A DNA stretch of 64,000 nucleotides, from NCBI GenBank assembly GCA_951406725.2, contig OX597820.1, positions 44,268,001-44,332,000 on the forward strand. The letters are read 5' to 3'. The notes under the pieces were generated by a model that saw only the letters and a list, made by a program, of their open reading frames with translations, made no database searches and had not been told where the DNA came from. Below, one piece after another: positions 1 through 14,077 of this stretch; positions within the stretch are counted from its first letter, which is position 1, and each line of letters begins with the position of its first letter. The translations under genes and the position numbers were made by a program. This stretch comes from Octopus vulgaris. Its lineage: Eukaryota.

Positions 1-270
1 GCTTTCACTCTATTTCTCAACATATATGTATGTGTGCGCGTGCAAGTGCGTGTGTGCGCGTGTGTGCGTGCGCGTGCGTGTTTGTGTACATACATATATA
101 GCACATATATAGATAGATATACAAATCTATAGATATACATGTTATGTACAACATATATATGTCTGTGTGTGTATGCATGTATATACACATATGTCTGTAT
201 GTACACACACACACACACATACACACACACATATACACTCATATATATATAATGTATATATATATATATA

Positions 271-307
<37 letters not shown>

Positions 308-705
308 TGTGTATTTTTTATATCCTTGTATACACATATGCCTGTCTATATATATTTATATATACATATTCTTCTATTCTGTTATTTGTTTCTGCCATTT
401 CACTGCGGTCTTGAACATATAAGTATATTTATATGTGTGTATGTGTAAGCGTGTGTGTGCGCGCTTGTGCGTAGGTGAGTGTATGTGTATGTGTGTATGT
501 GTGTGTGTGTGTGTGTATGTGTGTATGTGTGTGTGTGTGTGTGAAATTAAGAGTGAGATAGGGAGAGCGATTGAAAGTGCCAAAAGAATTCAAAAAGTTA
601 GATATACAGTGATAATAGGCAGAAACTTGCATTTACACTTATATACACTCACAAATACCCTTACTTGGATACCATACATACATACTTACGCAAATATGCA
701 TACCC

Positions 706-782
<77 letters not shown>

Positions 783-783
783 C

Positions 784-864
<81 letters not shown>

Positions 865-865
<1 letters not shown>

Positions 866-1273
866 ATTTCTTTATTGGCCATACAGGGCTAGACACACGG
901 GGGACAATTACAATGTAGAGTTTTTCTTTTCGATGGGGGCGAAAACAAATTTTTAAAAAAATAGGGACAACGATCAAAAGGGATTGAAATCGTTGGGGAT
1001 ATATGCAAAAAATGTCGAAATAGTATAAAAAAGTTCCCAAGAAATGTGGAGGCTTATCTGTGGAAAGAAAAACCTAAGAAAAGACCACAGTAATCTCAAT
1101 TACGTCACATATTAATATATTTATCTGCAAATTAGTTACTCTCTGTTTTAAATTTTTACGGTTCATAGGATCATGCTCAAGGTGGCTCCGTCATTCATAC
1201 GTGCCATCCTTGCTACATTTACCCATCTTTTTTTTAAACAGTCGCTAGACAAAACCTCTCTCTACTCTCAACC
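865..1273 (-). mobile_element. 5'-truncated LINE 3' end (ORF2 C-terminus plus 3' UTR), probably L1/Tx1-like, inserted in (TATC)n
   Basis: The minus strand reads ...EVLSSDCLKKRWVNVARMARMNDGATLSMIL* (stop 1163-1165), then a UTR ending TTGTCCCCCGTGTGTCTAGCCCTGTATGGCCAATAAAGAAAT. (GATA)n flanks both sides. The clade is inferred, not searched. Confidence 0.65.
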
Positions 1274-1369
<96 letters not shown>

Positions 1370-1745
1370 GTGTGAATGAATATCATAACACATCTAGCAA
1401 AAGAACTGCGAAGTGATATTAACAATAAGAATAAATTTGTCATACTAAAAGCAGATATCTATGAGGGTAGATAATTCTGATAGGCGATGAAGAGTAGAGG
1501 AAAGAGGCGTTATAAATTTCCTCTGTAAATTGAAACGTTTTAATGTATTGAGCAGAAATCACCTGTAAGATTTGTGTAGCTGTATAGTTGTACACTTGTA
1601 TTCATACTCCTTCGCTATCGACATAATTCTGCCTATTGATGTGTATACGTATAGCTTTTTGTCTATATACATATATATATATATATATCCCACCCTTTAT
1701 ACATATATTAGATATATAGATATATATTTGCTATGTATATATACA

Positions 1746-1919
1746 TAGGCGCAGGAGTGGCTGTGTGATAAGTATAGGCACAGGAGTGGCTGTGTGGTAA
1801 GTATAGGCGCAGGAGTGGCTGTGTGGTAAGTATAGACGCAGGAGTTGGTGTGTAGTAAGTATAGGCACAGGAGTTGCTGTGTGGTAAGTATAGGCGCAGG
1901 AGTGGCTGTGTGGTAAGTA
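1746..1919 (+). repeat. Six tandem copies of the 29-bp SINE-A head
   Basis: TAGGCGCAGGAGTGGCTGTGTGGTAAGTA units start at 1746, 1775, 1804, 1833, 1862 and 1891. Confidence 0.95.
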
Positions 1920-2061
1920 GCTTGCTTACTAACCACATGGTTCCGGGTTCAGTTCCACTGCATGGTACCTTGGGCAAGTGTCTTCTACTATGGCCTCGGG
2001 CCGACCATAGCGCTGTGAGTGGATTTGGTAGACGGAAACTGAAGGAAGCGTGTCGTATATT

Positions 2062-2131
<70 letters not shown>

Positions 2132-2328
2132 GGTGTGTGTATATGTTTGTGTGTCTGTGTTTGTCCCCCCAACATCGCTTGACAACCGATGGCGGTGTGT
2201 TTACGTCTCCGTAACTTAGCGCTTCTGCAAAAGAAACCGATAGAATAAGTACAACGCTTACAAAGAATAAGTATTGGGGTCGTTTTGCTCGACTAAATGC
2301 CCCAGTCCAATACTTCAAACAAGTAACA
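1893..2328 (+). mobile_element. tRNA-derived SINE, family A
   Basis: A-box-like TGGCTGTGTGG and B-box-like GGTTCAGTTCC, internal (TA)n, and a 3' body shared with more than 10 copies in the window. Confidence 0.9.
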
Positions 2329-2352
2329 GATAGAAAATAATTATGATAATAA

Positions 2353-2748
2353 TATTTCTACTAGAGGCTCAAAGCCTGAAATTTGGTGGGAGGGGTCTAG
2401 TCGATTACATCGACCCAGTGTTTCCCTGGTATTTAATTTATTGACCCCGAAAAGATGAAAGGCAAAGTCGACCTTGGTGGAATTTGATCTCAGAACATAG
2501 CAATGGGTGAAATACTTATTTCTTTACTACTCACAAGGGGCTAAACACAGAGAGGGCAAACATGGACAGACAAACGGATTAAGTCGATTACATCGAACCC
2601 AGTGCGTAACTGGTACTTGTTTAATCGACCCCGAAAGGATGAAAGGCAAAGTCGACCCCGGCGGAATTTGAACTCAGAACGTAGCGGCACACGAAATACC
2701 GGTAAGCATTTTGCCCGGCGTGCTAACGATTCTGCCAGCTCGCCGCCT
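2353..2748 (-). mobile_element. SINE family B, composite (head-core-tail1 joined at 2517 to core-tail2)
   Basis: Head GGCGGCGAGCTGGCAGAA at 2747. The core GACCCCGAAAGGATGAAAGGCAAAGTCGAC is present twice. Confidence 0.85.
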
Positions 2749-2773
2749 ATATATTATGATGTATCAATATATC

Positions 2774-2860
<87 letters not shown>
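2774..2860. repeat. (AAT)n microsatellite
   Basis: Pure AAT run. Confidence 0.95.
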
Positions 2861-2864
<4 letters not shown>

Positions 2865-3121
2865 CAGAGGGAGAAAGAGAGAGTGGAAGATAGATATAGA
2901 TATATACGCGCGCACATATATGAGTATACATACATATATGAGTATACATACATACATATATATATAAATACATACATACTATACATACATACATATATAT
3001 ATAAATACATACATACATAAATACATATATATATATATATACGTACATGCATATATATTTATATATATATATATATACATACATACCTACATTCATATAT
3101 ATGTATATACATATACATACA

Positions 3122-3187
<66 letters not shown>

Positions 3188-3529
3188 CATATCTTTGTGT
3201 GTCTGTGTATGTATGCATGATAGAGTCATTACGCTATTAATAATAATAGCACACGCACAGGTTCAATACCAATCCTTTGTTGTTAGTCAATTGGTTAAAT
3301 ATTTAACCAGCTAACCAATCAATCATTTGTTTAAAGTGCTGATTAAAAAAAAAATCAATCGATTGTTTGTTCGTTAGACAAAGTACTTTCGTCTCTATCC
3401 CCACCTTTTCAGTGACTTCCCTTCACGCTCCACGGTCGTGTGAGTGTGAGTGTGTGTGTGTAACATGCCACCTATCTCCAAGCAATCTTTCGGACTCATT
3501 ACATACTGTACAGGAATTTGGGAACAATA

Positions 3530-3950
3530 TTCTTTTCTACTCTAGGCGCAAGACCCGAAATTGGTGGGGAGGGGGCCAATCGATTAGATAGACCCCAGTA
3601 CGCAACTGGTCCTTAATTTATCGACCCCGAAAGGATGAAAGGCAACGTCGACCACAGCGGATTTGAACTCGGAACGTAAAGACAGACGAAATACTGCTAA
3701 GCATTTTCCCAGGCGTGCTAACGTTTCTTATTTCTTTATTGCCCATAAGGGGTTAAACATAGAGAGGACAAACAAGGACGGACAAAGGGATTAGGTCGAT
3801 TACAGTGTGTAATTGGTTCTTAATTTATCGACCCCGAAAGGATGAAAGGCAAAGTCGACCTCGGCTAATTTGAACTCAGAACGTAACGGCAGACGAAATA
3901 CTGCTAAGCATTTCGCCCGGTGTGCTAACGTTTCTGTTAGCTCGCCGCCT
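3530..3950 (-). mobile_element. SINE family B, composite (junction at 3729)
   Basis: Two family-B cores with different tails and a single complete head at 3950. Confidence 0.85.
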
Positions 3951-4104
3951 TGATTCGGAAACACTATTACGTATGAACTGAACCTAAAAGATTGATTGAA
4001 GATATATATGTTAAATAAACGTGTCAATTTAATGTATCTTGAAGCATGAAACTATTAATAGTTCTTGTAGCCAGGTAGTGGTAGTAAGAATCTTGAGAAT
4101 ATAA

Positions 4105-4335
4105 GGCGGCGAGCTGGCAGAAACGTTAGCACACCGGGCGATATGCTTAGCGGTATTTCGTCTGCCGTTACGTTGTGAGTTCAAATTCCGCCGAGGTCGA
4201 CTTTGCCTTTCATCCTTTCGGGGTCGATAAATTAAGTACCAGTTACGCACTGGGGTCGATGTAATCGACTTAATACCTATGTCTGTCCTTGTTTGTCCCC
4301 TCTGTGTTTAGCCCCTTGTGGGTAATAACGAAATA
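4105..4335 (+). mobile_element. SINE family B, full length, inserted in an old family-A copy
   Basis: 16-bp duplication GGTAGTAAGAATCTTG at 4080-4095 and 4336-4351. B-box GAGTTCAAATTCC. Degenerate family-A sequence continues to about 4665. Confidence 0.9.
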
Positions 4336-4847
4336 GGTAGTAAGAATCTTGCTTCCCAACCACTGCATGGTACATTGAGCAAAGCCTTGTGAGTGGAAAC
4401 TGAAAGAAGCCTGTCGTATATAAATATGTATATTTATCTATACCTGTGTGTTTTTGAATCTATGTTTGTCTCCCATCACCTCTTGACAACTGATGTTGGT
4501 GTGTTTACGTTCCCGCTACTTACTGGTACGGCAAAAGCGAACGACAGAACAAATACCAGGTTAAAAAGTTTTTTAAAAATACTAGGGTGGGATCGATTTA
4601 TTCGTCTAAAAATTTTTCAAGGCAGTGCCCCCGCATGGCCGCATCCCAATGACTCAAACAAGTCGAACAAATGGACTCGGCTTTGGTACTTATTTTTGTT
4701 TTTAAAATTTGGTATTTATTCTGTTAGACAATTGTCCAAGGTGCCACAAGTCGGATTGAACTGGAAATTATATAGTTGCAAAGTGAAGCCTCTTAAACAC
4801 AAGTATACATACAAATACTTATCTAGCTTTTTCATCTACAGATATGT

Positions 4848-5253
4848 TATTTCTTTATTGCCCACAAGAAGCTAAACACAGAGGGGACAAACAAAGGGAT
4901 TAAGTCGATTACATCGATCCCAGTGCGTAAATGGTACTTAATTTATCGACCCCGAAAGGATGAAAGGCAAAGTCGACCTCGGCGGAATTTGAACTCAGAA
5001 CGTAACGGCAGACGAAATATCTATTTCTTTACTACCCACATAGGGGCTAAACACAGGGAGGACAAACAAGGACCGACAAAGGAATTAAGTCGATTATATC
5101 GATCCCAGTGCGTAGCAGGTACTTATTTAATCGGCCCCGAAAGGTTGAAAGTCAAAGTCGACCTCGGCGGAATTTGAACTCAGAACGAAGCGGCAGATGA
5201 ACTGCCACTAAGCATTTCGCCCGGCGTGCTAACGTTTGTGCCAGCTCGCCGAC
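4848..5253 (-). mobile_element. SINE family B, composite (junction at 5022)
   Basis: Two cores, two LINE-like tails, one head. Confidence 0.85.
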
Positions 5254-5425
5254 TTAATCTATAAATGTATGTATTTGTATATCAGTCTGCATGTGTGGGT
5301 TTGTCTATATTTATATACGTGTATTTATGTATTTTGTTTAGGTATATTTTCACCTGTGTGTTTATATAGTTGTATATGCTTGCTTATTAATATGCTTTTA
5401 CATATGTGTATGTCTATACACTTAC

Positions 5426-5456
<31 letters not shown>

Positions 5457-5702
5457 TGCTACAATGTATTAAGGTGTGCATATGCTTGTCTGTGTGTAAC
5501 TATATAGATAGGTAGGTACATACATACATACATACATACATATATACATACATACATACATATACATGCATGTATATGTTAAAACATAATAAATGCATAA
5601 ACAAACTGAAAAGATACACAAAAGGTCGCCAAATCCTAGTATATTTGTATATACATACATATCTACATACGTTGATAGACTGATACATACACTACACACA
5701 TA

Positions 5703-5782
<80 letters not shown>

Positions 5783-5870
5783 CACATATATATACATATA
5801 TATATACATATATATACATATATGTATATATACATATATATATACACATATATACATTTTTATGTATATA

Positions 5871-6037
<167 letters not shown>

Positions 6038-6311
6038 GTACAAAGATGAATATATACACAGGCACACACACAGACGCACGCACGCGGTACAGGTAAGAAA
6101 AATGATTACACACATAAATATCTAGATGTGTATATTGCCTTGTTTCACTCACACTCCCTCTCTCTCACTCTCTTTCATTCTCTCTCGCTTTCACATCTCT
6201 CACCCTCTCTCTTCATCTCTCTCTCTCTCTCTCTCACTCACTCTCTCTCTCTCTCTCTCTGCGTGTATGTGCGTATTTCTGTTACTACTCGTCTGTCTAT
6301 TAAATTTTCGC

Positions 6312-6349
6312 CTATCTATCTATCTATCTATATACATTATATATCTTTC

Positions 6350-6407
<58 letters not shown>

Positions 6408-6631
6408 GATCTATCTATCTATATACATTATATATCTATCATCTATCTATCTATCTATCTACCTATCTATCTATCTATCTATCGATCTATCTATCTATAT
6501 ACATTATATATCTATCATCTATCTATCTATCTATCTGTCTATCTATCGATCTATCTATCTATCGATCTATCTATATACATTATATATCTATCATCTATCT
6601 ATCTATCTACCTATCTATCTACCTATCTATC
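6312..6631. repeat. (TATC)n with a higher-order unit of about 76 bp
   Basis: The interruption CTATATACATTATATATCT recurs at about 6328, 6419, 6495 and 6571. Confidence 0.8.
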
Positions 6632-6883
6632 CCTATTGATCGTTTTTTTTCCTCTTCCCCTCCCCCCCCCCTTTTTTTCTTCTTTTTTTTCATTTCTCTT
6701 TTCTTTCGTTCCTTTCCTTTTTTTTTCCTTTTACGATCCCTTTTGATTGAAAACCTACGCCACCTTTCTTTTTTTTTGTTTTTTCTGTTTTTTGTTTTTT
6801 TGTTTTTTTCATCCCCCAAAAGAAAAGCTCTACCTTGTAACTTGTCCCATCTGTGTGCAGCCCTGTGTGGCCAATAAAGAAAC
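6632..6883 (+). mobile_element. LINE 3' UTR fragment, same family as 865-1273, inserted in (TATC)n
   Basis: Shares ATCCCTTTTGAT, GAAAAGCTCTACCTTGTAACTTGTCCC and GCCCTGTGTGGCCAATAAAGAAA with 865-1273. TATC repeats flank both sides. Confidence 0.7.
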
Positions 6884-7214
6884 TTATCTACCTATCTATC
6901 TAACATCATCTATCCATCTGTCTATCTTCCTTTCAGTCATATTTCCCAAATTTTTCCTCGTGAAGTTGATTTATGCATCACTTCCTATGTTGTCACCGTG
7001 AATATGTCTCTGTGTAACTCTTTCACTTCCTTCACGATCAGTTGCTCCCCCACCCCCACGGTTCTCTCGCCCACCCTCTCTCTCTCTCTCTCTCACTCAT
7101 TCCCCCCTCTCTCTCTCTCTTATTTACAGACGCTTATCTCTTATGACTGAACTTGGCCCTCTTTCGAACTGCTAGGAAATAACACTAATCGCACCTCACA
7201 TTAGATAAGATAGT

Positions 7215-7252
<38 letters not shown>

Positions 7253-7763
7253 ACATCTGAATATATGCGGGATAGTCCTAGGAAAAAAGCCTTTGATCAC
7301 ATGTATGCTTGACCAGACTTGGCCTTCGCCTTCACAGTAGCAACAGCGACTTACTCTATCACATTCTCTCTCCCTTATCTATCGTTCCCTTCCCCTATCT
7401 ATCGCTCTCTCCCCATATCTATCGTTCTCTCCCCCTATCTGTCACTCTCTTCCCTCTTTCTCACTCTACCTTCTTCTCTCTCGCTCGCTCTACCTCCACC
7501 TCTCTCGCTCTTCCTCCATCTCTCACATTCTATCTCCCTCTCTCTCGCTCACCCTCGCATTCTTCACTTACCCTCCCTGCCTTCTCACTCCCTCTCATTC
7601 TCTCGCCTTCCATCCCTCTCTCGTCTTCTTCTTCCCTCTCTCTCGCTCTCCTTCCCTTCTCTCTCCCTCTCACCCCTCATTCGTTCTCCTCTCTCTAGCT
7701 CTCCGTCCCTCTCTCTCCTTCCTCTCTTTTCATATTTCTCCCTTTTCTTTCTGTCTCTCTCTG

Positions 7764-7826
<63 letters not shown>

Positions 7827-9365
7827 CTCCGTCTCTCATATAAACACATAAACACACATACGCATACGTTCATACATTACAAACTTTCTACTCTTCTCTA
7901 TATTCCCTTGGTTGCTATGTTTCCCGCCCACCTTTACTTTCACTTTCTCTTTATTTGTCTTCCGTTATCCCTTCTTTGTGTTCCCTCGACCACCGCACTG
8001 GCACAATCTCATTTCTCGTGCGTTTATTCCACTTTTCTTTGCTCCCCTCACTTTCTTTCTCTCTCTCTCTTTCTCTCTCTCCATATATTCTCTCTCATGT
8101 TAACTCTTTCTTCTTTCTGTTTTCGGTCTCTTTCACCGTCAATCTACCTCACCGTTTTAGCTTTATTCTCTTTAGCTTTGCAGATCTCCTAATTTTTTTT
8201 CTTTTTAACTCTGGCTTCTCCCAAATATTCCTTCTTTCTCTCTCTCTCTCTCTCTCTCTCTAACAGTCCCCTTCTGTCTCTTTCTCTCTCTGTCTCTTTC
8301 TCTCTCTGTCTCTTTCTCTCTCTGTCTCTCTCTCTCTCTTCCCTCTCTCTCTTCTCTCCATCTATCTATCTATCGATTGATGGATTGATACATCATTTTG
8401 CCTGCGCAACTATTCTGGCCATTTATCTACCTATCAAACAATCCATACATCTATTTTTACCCAACTCTCTATCCACTTACCTATCAATCTATCTAGCCAT
8501 TTATTAATCTATTCATCTATCTACCTATCGATCTATCTATCTACATACTTTTCCATCTGTCTATCTATTTATCTATGTATTCTTCTGTCCATCTACCTAT
8601 TTATATATTTATCTATCAATGTATCCATCTATCTTCCTATCCAGCTATCCATCAATTTATATATCCTTCTACTCATCTAGTTATCCATCCATCAATCCCT
8701 CTATTCATCTATCTACCAATCTCTCTAACCATCTATCTAACTATCTATCTATTTACCTATCTGTCTGTCTGTCTGTCTATCCTAGCTATCTATCTGTCAG
8801 TATATCTATCTATTTTTCTGTCTGAAGTGGGTAAATTAGAAGTGCTGTTACAGTGTTAGATAAAATAGCCCGCGGAATTCGTTCCAACTATCTGCGCTCC
8901 GATTTCAAATCCTGTCGTGCTCAACTTTACCGGTCATCCTTGGAGTGTCGATAAGGAAACAGTACCAACCCAGGACAGTGGATGGACAGAAATGCTCGAA
9001 AGTTGGACAAGACGTCTGTTAGTAATGATTCTGGTTCTTTGTTTTCTGACAACAATATCTGCGACCTTGCTAATCTGTATTGGTCCAAAAGTGGTTATAT
9101 TTCCTTTGAATGGACGTTGTTGACGTGAAGAAGATAGACTTGTATTTACGGGCAGCGATTAGTTTCCTCAAAATTTTCTTGTCCAGGCCTACAATTTTAT
9201 GTACAGATGCGTGGTCAACATCGAGCGACAGAGCCTTTGAAGAGAATGCATCATTCTATTTAGATATGTGTTTACTTAATTCATCTATCCAGCTTTTTTG
9301 CAGGAGTGCTATATACATGCATACATGTATAAATGTGAGGTGGGGTCTGTGTGTGTGTGTGTGTA

Positions 9366-10509
9366 TTAAGTTGGAAAGAAAATCTAATCGTTTTTCTTTT
9401 TATTGACATGATGAATTTTAAGCTTACTTTTTCAATACTTATACATTAATTTATACATTCTTTCTTTCTTTCTTTCTTTGCAGATTACTTTGCACCATAG
9501 CGGGTAAATGTGTAGTAATTTTACCCTTTTAAGATGAGTTTAGCTCAGACACCTACCAGACTTTACGGTCTCTATGAATCCAAAACGAGTTCTTCAATAA
9601 TAAAAGCGGTAACAAATATTTCTTCTGACAAAGGAAATTAAGCTTTAAGTGTCCAAGCATGACAACAATGGATTGACCAGTTTCGCTTGGAAAATATTTT
9701 TTCCGGTCAATTCCCGTCAACCGATTTCAACGAACAAGTTATGTCAATATTGAGCTTCTCAAAACAAAAGTTGAAGAAAATCCAAAGCAACATGAACTAG
9801 AATTAGCAAAACTATTAATTTGAAATCACACTTCGGCCATAAAACACCTTCATGGGCTAGGGAGTGTATATAAACTTGTTTTGTGGGCCCCTCGTCATCT
9901 GATTACTTCTCACCTTAATCAAGGATTTGTCCAATGCTCATCATTAAAGAGTAGACTTTTTACCGAAACTTTCTTGATCCACAAGCAATGAAAAATGGGG
10001 TCCCTGTAATTATACCCAACGAGAATGACAACTGTTAGCACTCAATGAAAATAGATAATCTCAAACCTGTTCTACGTCCTAAAAACGATGTGTTCTGTGT
10101 TTGATACGATATGAAGGGTGTCGTCTATCACGAAGCGTTAAACCAAAACGAAACAACGCGGAAACGTGTTATTGTCAATTAGAAGTATTGCGACACAAAA
10201 TATGGAATTTTTGTTCATTACATTTTGTTCCTTGATCTTGCTCCAGCAACTGACTTTTGAGATAATTGCAACATTATTTATAAGGATATTTTTATTAGTT
10301 GTAAAGAGATTAAAAAATGATACAGAATGTTTCTTTGATTTGAACCCTAAAGAATTTTTGCAGCCAAGAAATCAACAATTTGGTAAAAAGACGGGATGAT
10401 GCTATCAGTTATGAGGGAGAAATATTATCTTGATTAAATATATCAAGACCAAAGGAAAATTTGTTTCTTTTGCATCTTGAAATGCAAGAGAACTTCCTTT
10501 CCAACCTAA
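9366..10509 (+). mobile_element. Decayed mariner DNA transposon with transposase pseudogene
   Basis: Imperfect TIRs TTAAGTTGGAAAGAAAAT / AACTTCCTTTCCAACCTAA with TA on the left. Broken frames give WAPRHL (WVPHEL motif), NEKW (DEKW), V*YDMKGVVYHEAL and SLDLAP (YSPDLAP). Confidence 0.85.
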
Positions 10510-10515
10510 GATATA

Positions 10516-10730
10516 CAATCGTGGCCAAAAGTTTGGAAAATAGGTCTGAAAATTAAAATTTTTTATATAAAATTCCCAAAGTAAGCAATTTGGTGGAAAA
10601 CTATATTTTTGATTTTGCCTATTTTTTTAGTCTAGTTATTGAACTAGTGGATCAGTTATTAGGTAAGTATGTCTCTATGGTATATATATTTGAATTGTAC
10701 TTGATTTGGATTGTACTTGAGATAACAGTA
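10516..10730 (+). mobile_element. Tc1-like transposon end fragment
   Basis: TA followed by CAATCGTGGCCAAAAGTTTGGAAAATA, resembling Tc1 TIRs. No partner TIR seen and the right boundary is uncertain. Confidence 0.5.
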
Positions 10731-10760
10731 CATACATACATACATACATACATACATACA

Positions 10761-10792
<32 letters not shown>

Positions 10793-11094
10793 ACACATAC
10801 ATGCATAGACACACACGTATATATACACACATATCGACAGAGATATATATGTGTACGTATGTGTGTCTGTGTGTATGTGTGTGTGCGCGTGCGTAGTTGT
10901 GTGTGTCTGTGTGTCCGCACTTTAGTAATTGTTATTTCCATGTGGCTTACAATGTTGTCTAGGCATTTGTGCGTCGTGGATTTCAGTAGAATTTTCACAT
11001 CAATAGAGATCTTATAGAGGATTAAATGGAGATTATGTGTCTTATTTTCATATTAAAACAAAGATCTTGTCCTGCATAGATGTATGTATGTATT

Positions 11095-11153
<59 letters not shown>

Positions 11154-11349
11154 GCATACACGCACACACACATAAATACAAATATGTGTGTGTGTGTTAA
11201 TATACAGAAGAAAATGCTTTCAGAGCTCCATCAAGGACAAAAGAAAGGAAATATTTACATTTTTATCAAATTCTGCTACCGGTTTCAACACCTTACGCAC
11301 ATATATATGCACACGGAAATGACGTATTATCTACATATAAATATGAATG

Positions 11350-11421
<72 letters not shown>

Positions 11422-11738
11422 CGCGATTTTGCAATATGGCCGAGTGATATGAAAATTGCTTCGCAATCAGGAGGCCCTATACTTATGTGAGTGAAACGGG
11501 AGAAGAAGACTGTAGAAGTTCATGGAATAGGCTGTAATTGTATTTCAAAGGTCCAGTGTTGCTGCATTGTGTCATGCTGACTCTTAGTGAAAATAAGATT
11601 AAGATACGCCTGTCTGTGGAATACTCAGTCACATGTGCGCTAATTCAATGATCCTGATAGCTTACTTGATTAAATAAGTGAATAGTCATGGTCGCAAAGG
11701 CAATTTCTGAACGAGATCCAATCATATATATATATATA

Positions 11739-11903
11739 GGCGTAGGAGTGGCTGTGTGGTAAGTAGCTTGCTTACCAACCACATGGTTCCGGGTTCACTC
11801 CCATTGCGTGGCACCTTGGGCAAGTGTCTTCTACTATAGCCTCGGGCCGACCAAGGCCTTGTGAGTGGATTTGGTAGACGGAAACTGAAAGAAGCCCGTC
11901 GTA

Positions 11904-11958
<55 letters not shown>

Positions 11959-12166
11959 ATTTGTATGTCTGTGTTTGTCCCCCCAACATCGCTTCACAAC
12001 CGATGCTGGTGTGTTTACGTCCCCGTAACTTAACAGTTCGGCAAAAGTGACCGATAGAATAAGTACTAGGCTTACAAAGAATAAGGCCTGGGGTCGACTA
12101 AAGGCGGTGCTCCAGCATGGCTGCAGTCAAATGACTGAAACAAGTAAAAGAGTAAAAGAGTAAGAG
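11739..12166 (+). mobile_element. SINE family A, full length
   Basis: Consensus head, internal (TA)n, tail AAACAAGTAAAAGAGTAAAAGAG. Confidence 0.92.
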
Positions 12167-12264
12167 TATATATATATGAATAATGTTGAAGCATATTCTG
12201 GTTTGCACGTTTTTTATTATGGTATTTTAACATTTAAAAATATATTTTGTAATGCTCATAAAGT

Positions 12265-12305
12265 TAAATTAGTGCTTTCAGACATAGAGTAATCATCAGA
12301 TTTCA
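12265..12305 (-). ncRNA. Minimal type I hammerhead motif in the left pseudo-LTR (stem III mutated)
   Basis: Minus strand: AAAT CTGATGA TTACTCTATGTCT GAAA GCAC TA ATTT. Confidence 0.6.
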
Positions 12306-12539
12306 AATGTGTTTAACTGACAGTTTGAGTTCTTGACAACTTTAGTACCTCTTAGAACGCTCCAACAAGCTGAAATTTTAGAATACCTTTTTGACCAATC
12401 CGCATGCAACTAAAACATTACGGTTTGTCAGACGTACTGATATTCTGTAACTTCTTTATATTTATATACTAGAGATATTTTTTAACCCACATCATTAACT
12501 GGTTGTTATATTATTGCTGTTATTTCCGTTCAGAACAGA

Positions 12540-13452
12540 CTTGAACATTTTAATAAGCAACACCACAATCTCAACTGATATATATTACAAAAGCACAGAT
12601 ACACACCAGTACCTAAATTTCAAATCATGCCACCCAACACAGACAAAACGCAACATCCCATACTGTCTAGCCAGGAAAATGTGTACTATAGTCGATGATC
12701 TAAATACCAGAAACACACGACTTATAGAACTCAAAGGATTTATACTCAAGCCAAATTACCCTCTTCCTACTTATAGAAAATAGTATACAACGAGCAAAAG
12801 AGATACCTATAGAACAACTTAGAGCAACACGAAAAAGACGAACCCATCAAAGGAACACAGTGGCATTTCTAGTAACACACAGTCCGCATCACCAAAACAT
12901 TTTAAACATCATCAAAACAAATTTACCAGTCATAAAACAAAGTGAAAAATTAAAAAAGATAATAATTAATCAAACACATCTTAAGCAAATGGCAGCCTCA
13001 TAACCTAAAGACACTATTAACAAAGGCAAAAATCTAACATGAACAAACATGTTTAAACATTCACAGTATCCAAGTGTAATGTTAACAGATGTGGAATGTT
13101 TCAATGCCTGCATACGCGTAAATCCATTAGAACAAAATAATGGACAGATTTTCGCAAATGTAGATATGAACTGCAAAAGCAGAAATTTGATCTACTGCAT
13201 TAAATGCCCGAATTGTGAGGAATTATCTATAGGTGAGACATGAATGCATTATCGGAACGCTCACGAGTCCACAGACAGCAAATCTGGAATACTAATGTTC
13301 GCCAAATTCCATTGAGCGAACAGATAGAGACATGTGGTCAGAAAATGTTTCTAATTTTTCCTTTCCACAAAGAAAATGACACAAGTGAGGTCGAAAGAAG
13401 AATAAAAGAAAAACAGTTTATTAAACTATTCAAGCCTGTTCTTAACGAATGA
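12540..13452 (+). pseudogene. PLE RT C-terminus, linker and GIY-YIG endonuclease, frameshifted (Neptune-like)
   Basis: TDIYYKSTDTHQYLNFKSCHPTQTKRNIPYCLARK; MNCKSRNLIYCIKCPNCEELSIGET; LSERSRVHRQQI; ERRIKEKQFIKLFKPVLNE*. Confidence 0.85.
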
Positions 13453-13496
13453 TGTGGATTAAAAAATATCTCTAGCATAAAAATATATATACAAGT

Positions 13497-13899
13497 GGCG
13501 CAGGAGTGGCTGTGTGGTAAGTAGCTTGCTAACCAACCACATGGTTCCGGGTTCAGTCTCCCACTGCGTGGCACCTTGGGCAAGTGTCTTCTGCTATAGC
13601 CCCGGGCCGACCAATGCCTTGTGAGTGGATTTGGTAGACGGAAACTGAAAGAAGCCTGTCGTATATATGTATATATATATATGTGTGTATATGTGTTTGT
13701 GTGTCTGTGTTTGTCCCCCTAGCATTGCTTGACAACCGATGCTGGTGTGTTTACGTCCCCGTCACTTAGCGGTTCGGCAAAAGAGACCGATAGAATAAGT
13801 ACTGGGCTTACAAAGAATAAGTCCTGGGGTCGATTTGCTCGACTAAAGGCGGTGCTCCAGCATGGCCGCAGTCAAATGACTGAAACAAGTAAACAGAGT
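13497..13899 (+). mobile_element. SINE family A inserted in the right PLE pseudo-LTR
   Basis: Near-consensus copy. The flanks rejoin to match the left inverted repeat. Confidence 0.92.
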
Positions 13900-14036
13900 G
13901 AGTTACAGAATATCAGTACGCCTGGCAAACCGTGTTGTTTAAGCTGCATGCAGATTGGTCAAAAATGTATTCTAAAAATTCAGCTTGTTGGACAGGTACT
14001 GAAGTTGTCAAGAATTCAACTGTCAGTTAAACACAT

Positions 14037-14077
14037 TTGAAATCTGATGATTATACTGTCTGGAAGCGCTAATTTAA
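14037..14077 (+). ncRNA. Minimal type I hammerhead motif in the right pseudo-LTR (GAAA mutated to GGAA)
   Basis: AAAT CTGATGA TTATACTGTCT GGAA GCGC TA ATTT, with palindromic AGCGCT stem III. Confidence 0.6.

Noticed and set aside
1746-1919. CRISPR-like 29-bp repeats
   Set aside because: No spacers, no cas genes, eukaryotic context; the units are SINE heads.
7309-8360. Leu/Ser/Pro-rich ORFs
   Set aside because: Degenerate (CT)n low-complexity tract.
9484-9503. Micro-exon-like signals (TTTC)nTTTGCAG...GG/GTAAAT
   Set aside because: Lies within the mariner remnant; the pyrimidine tract is a microsatellite and the donor is weak.
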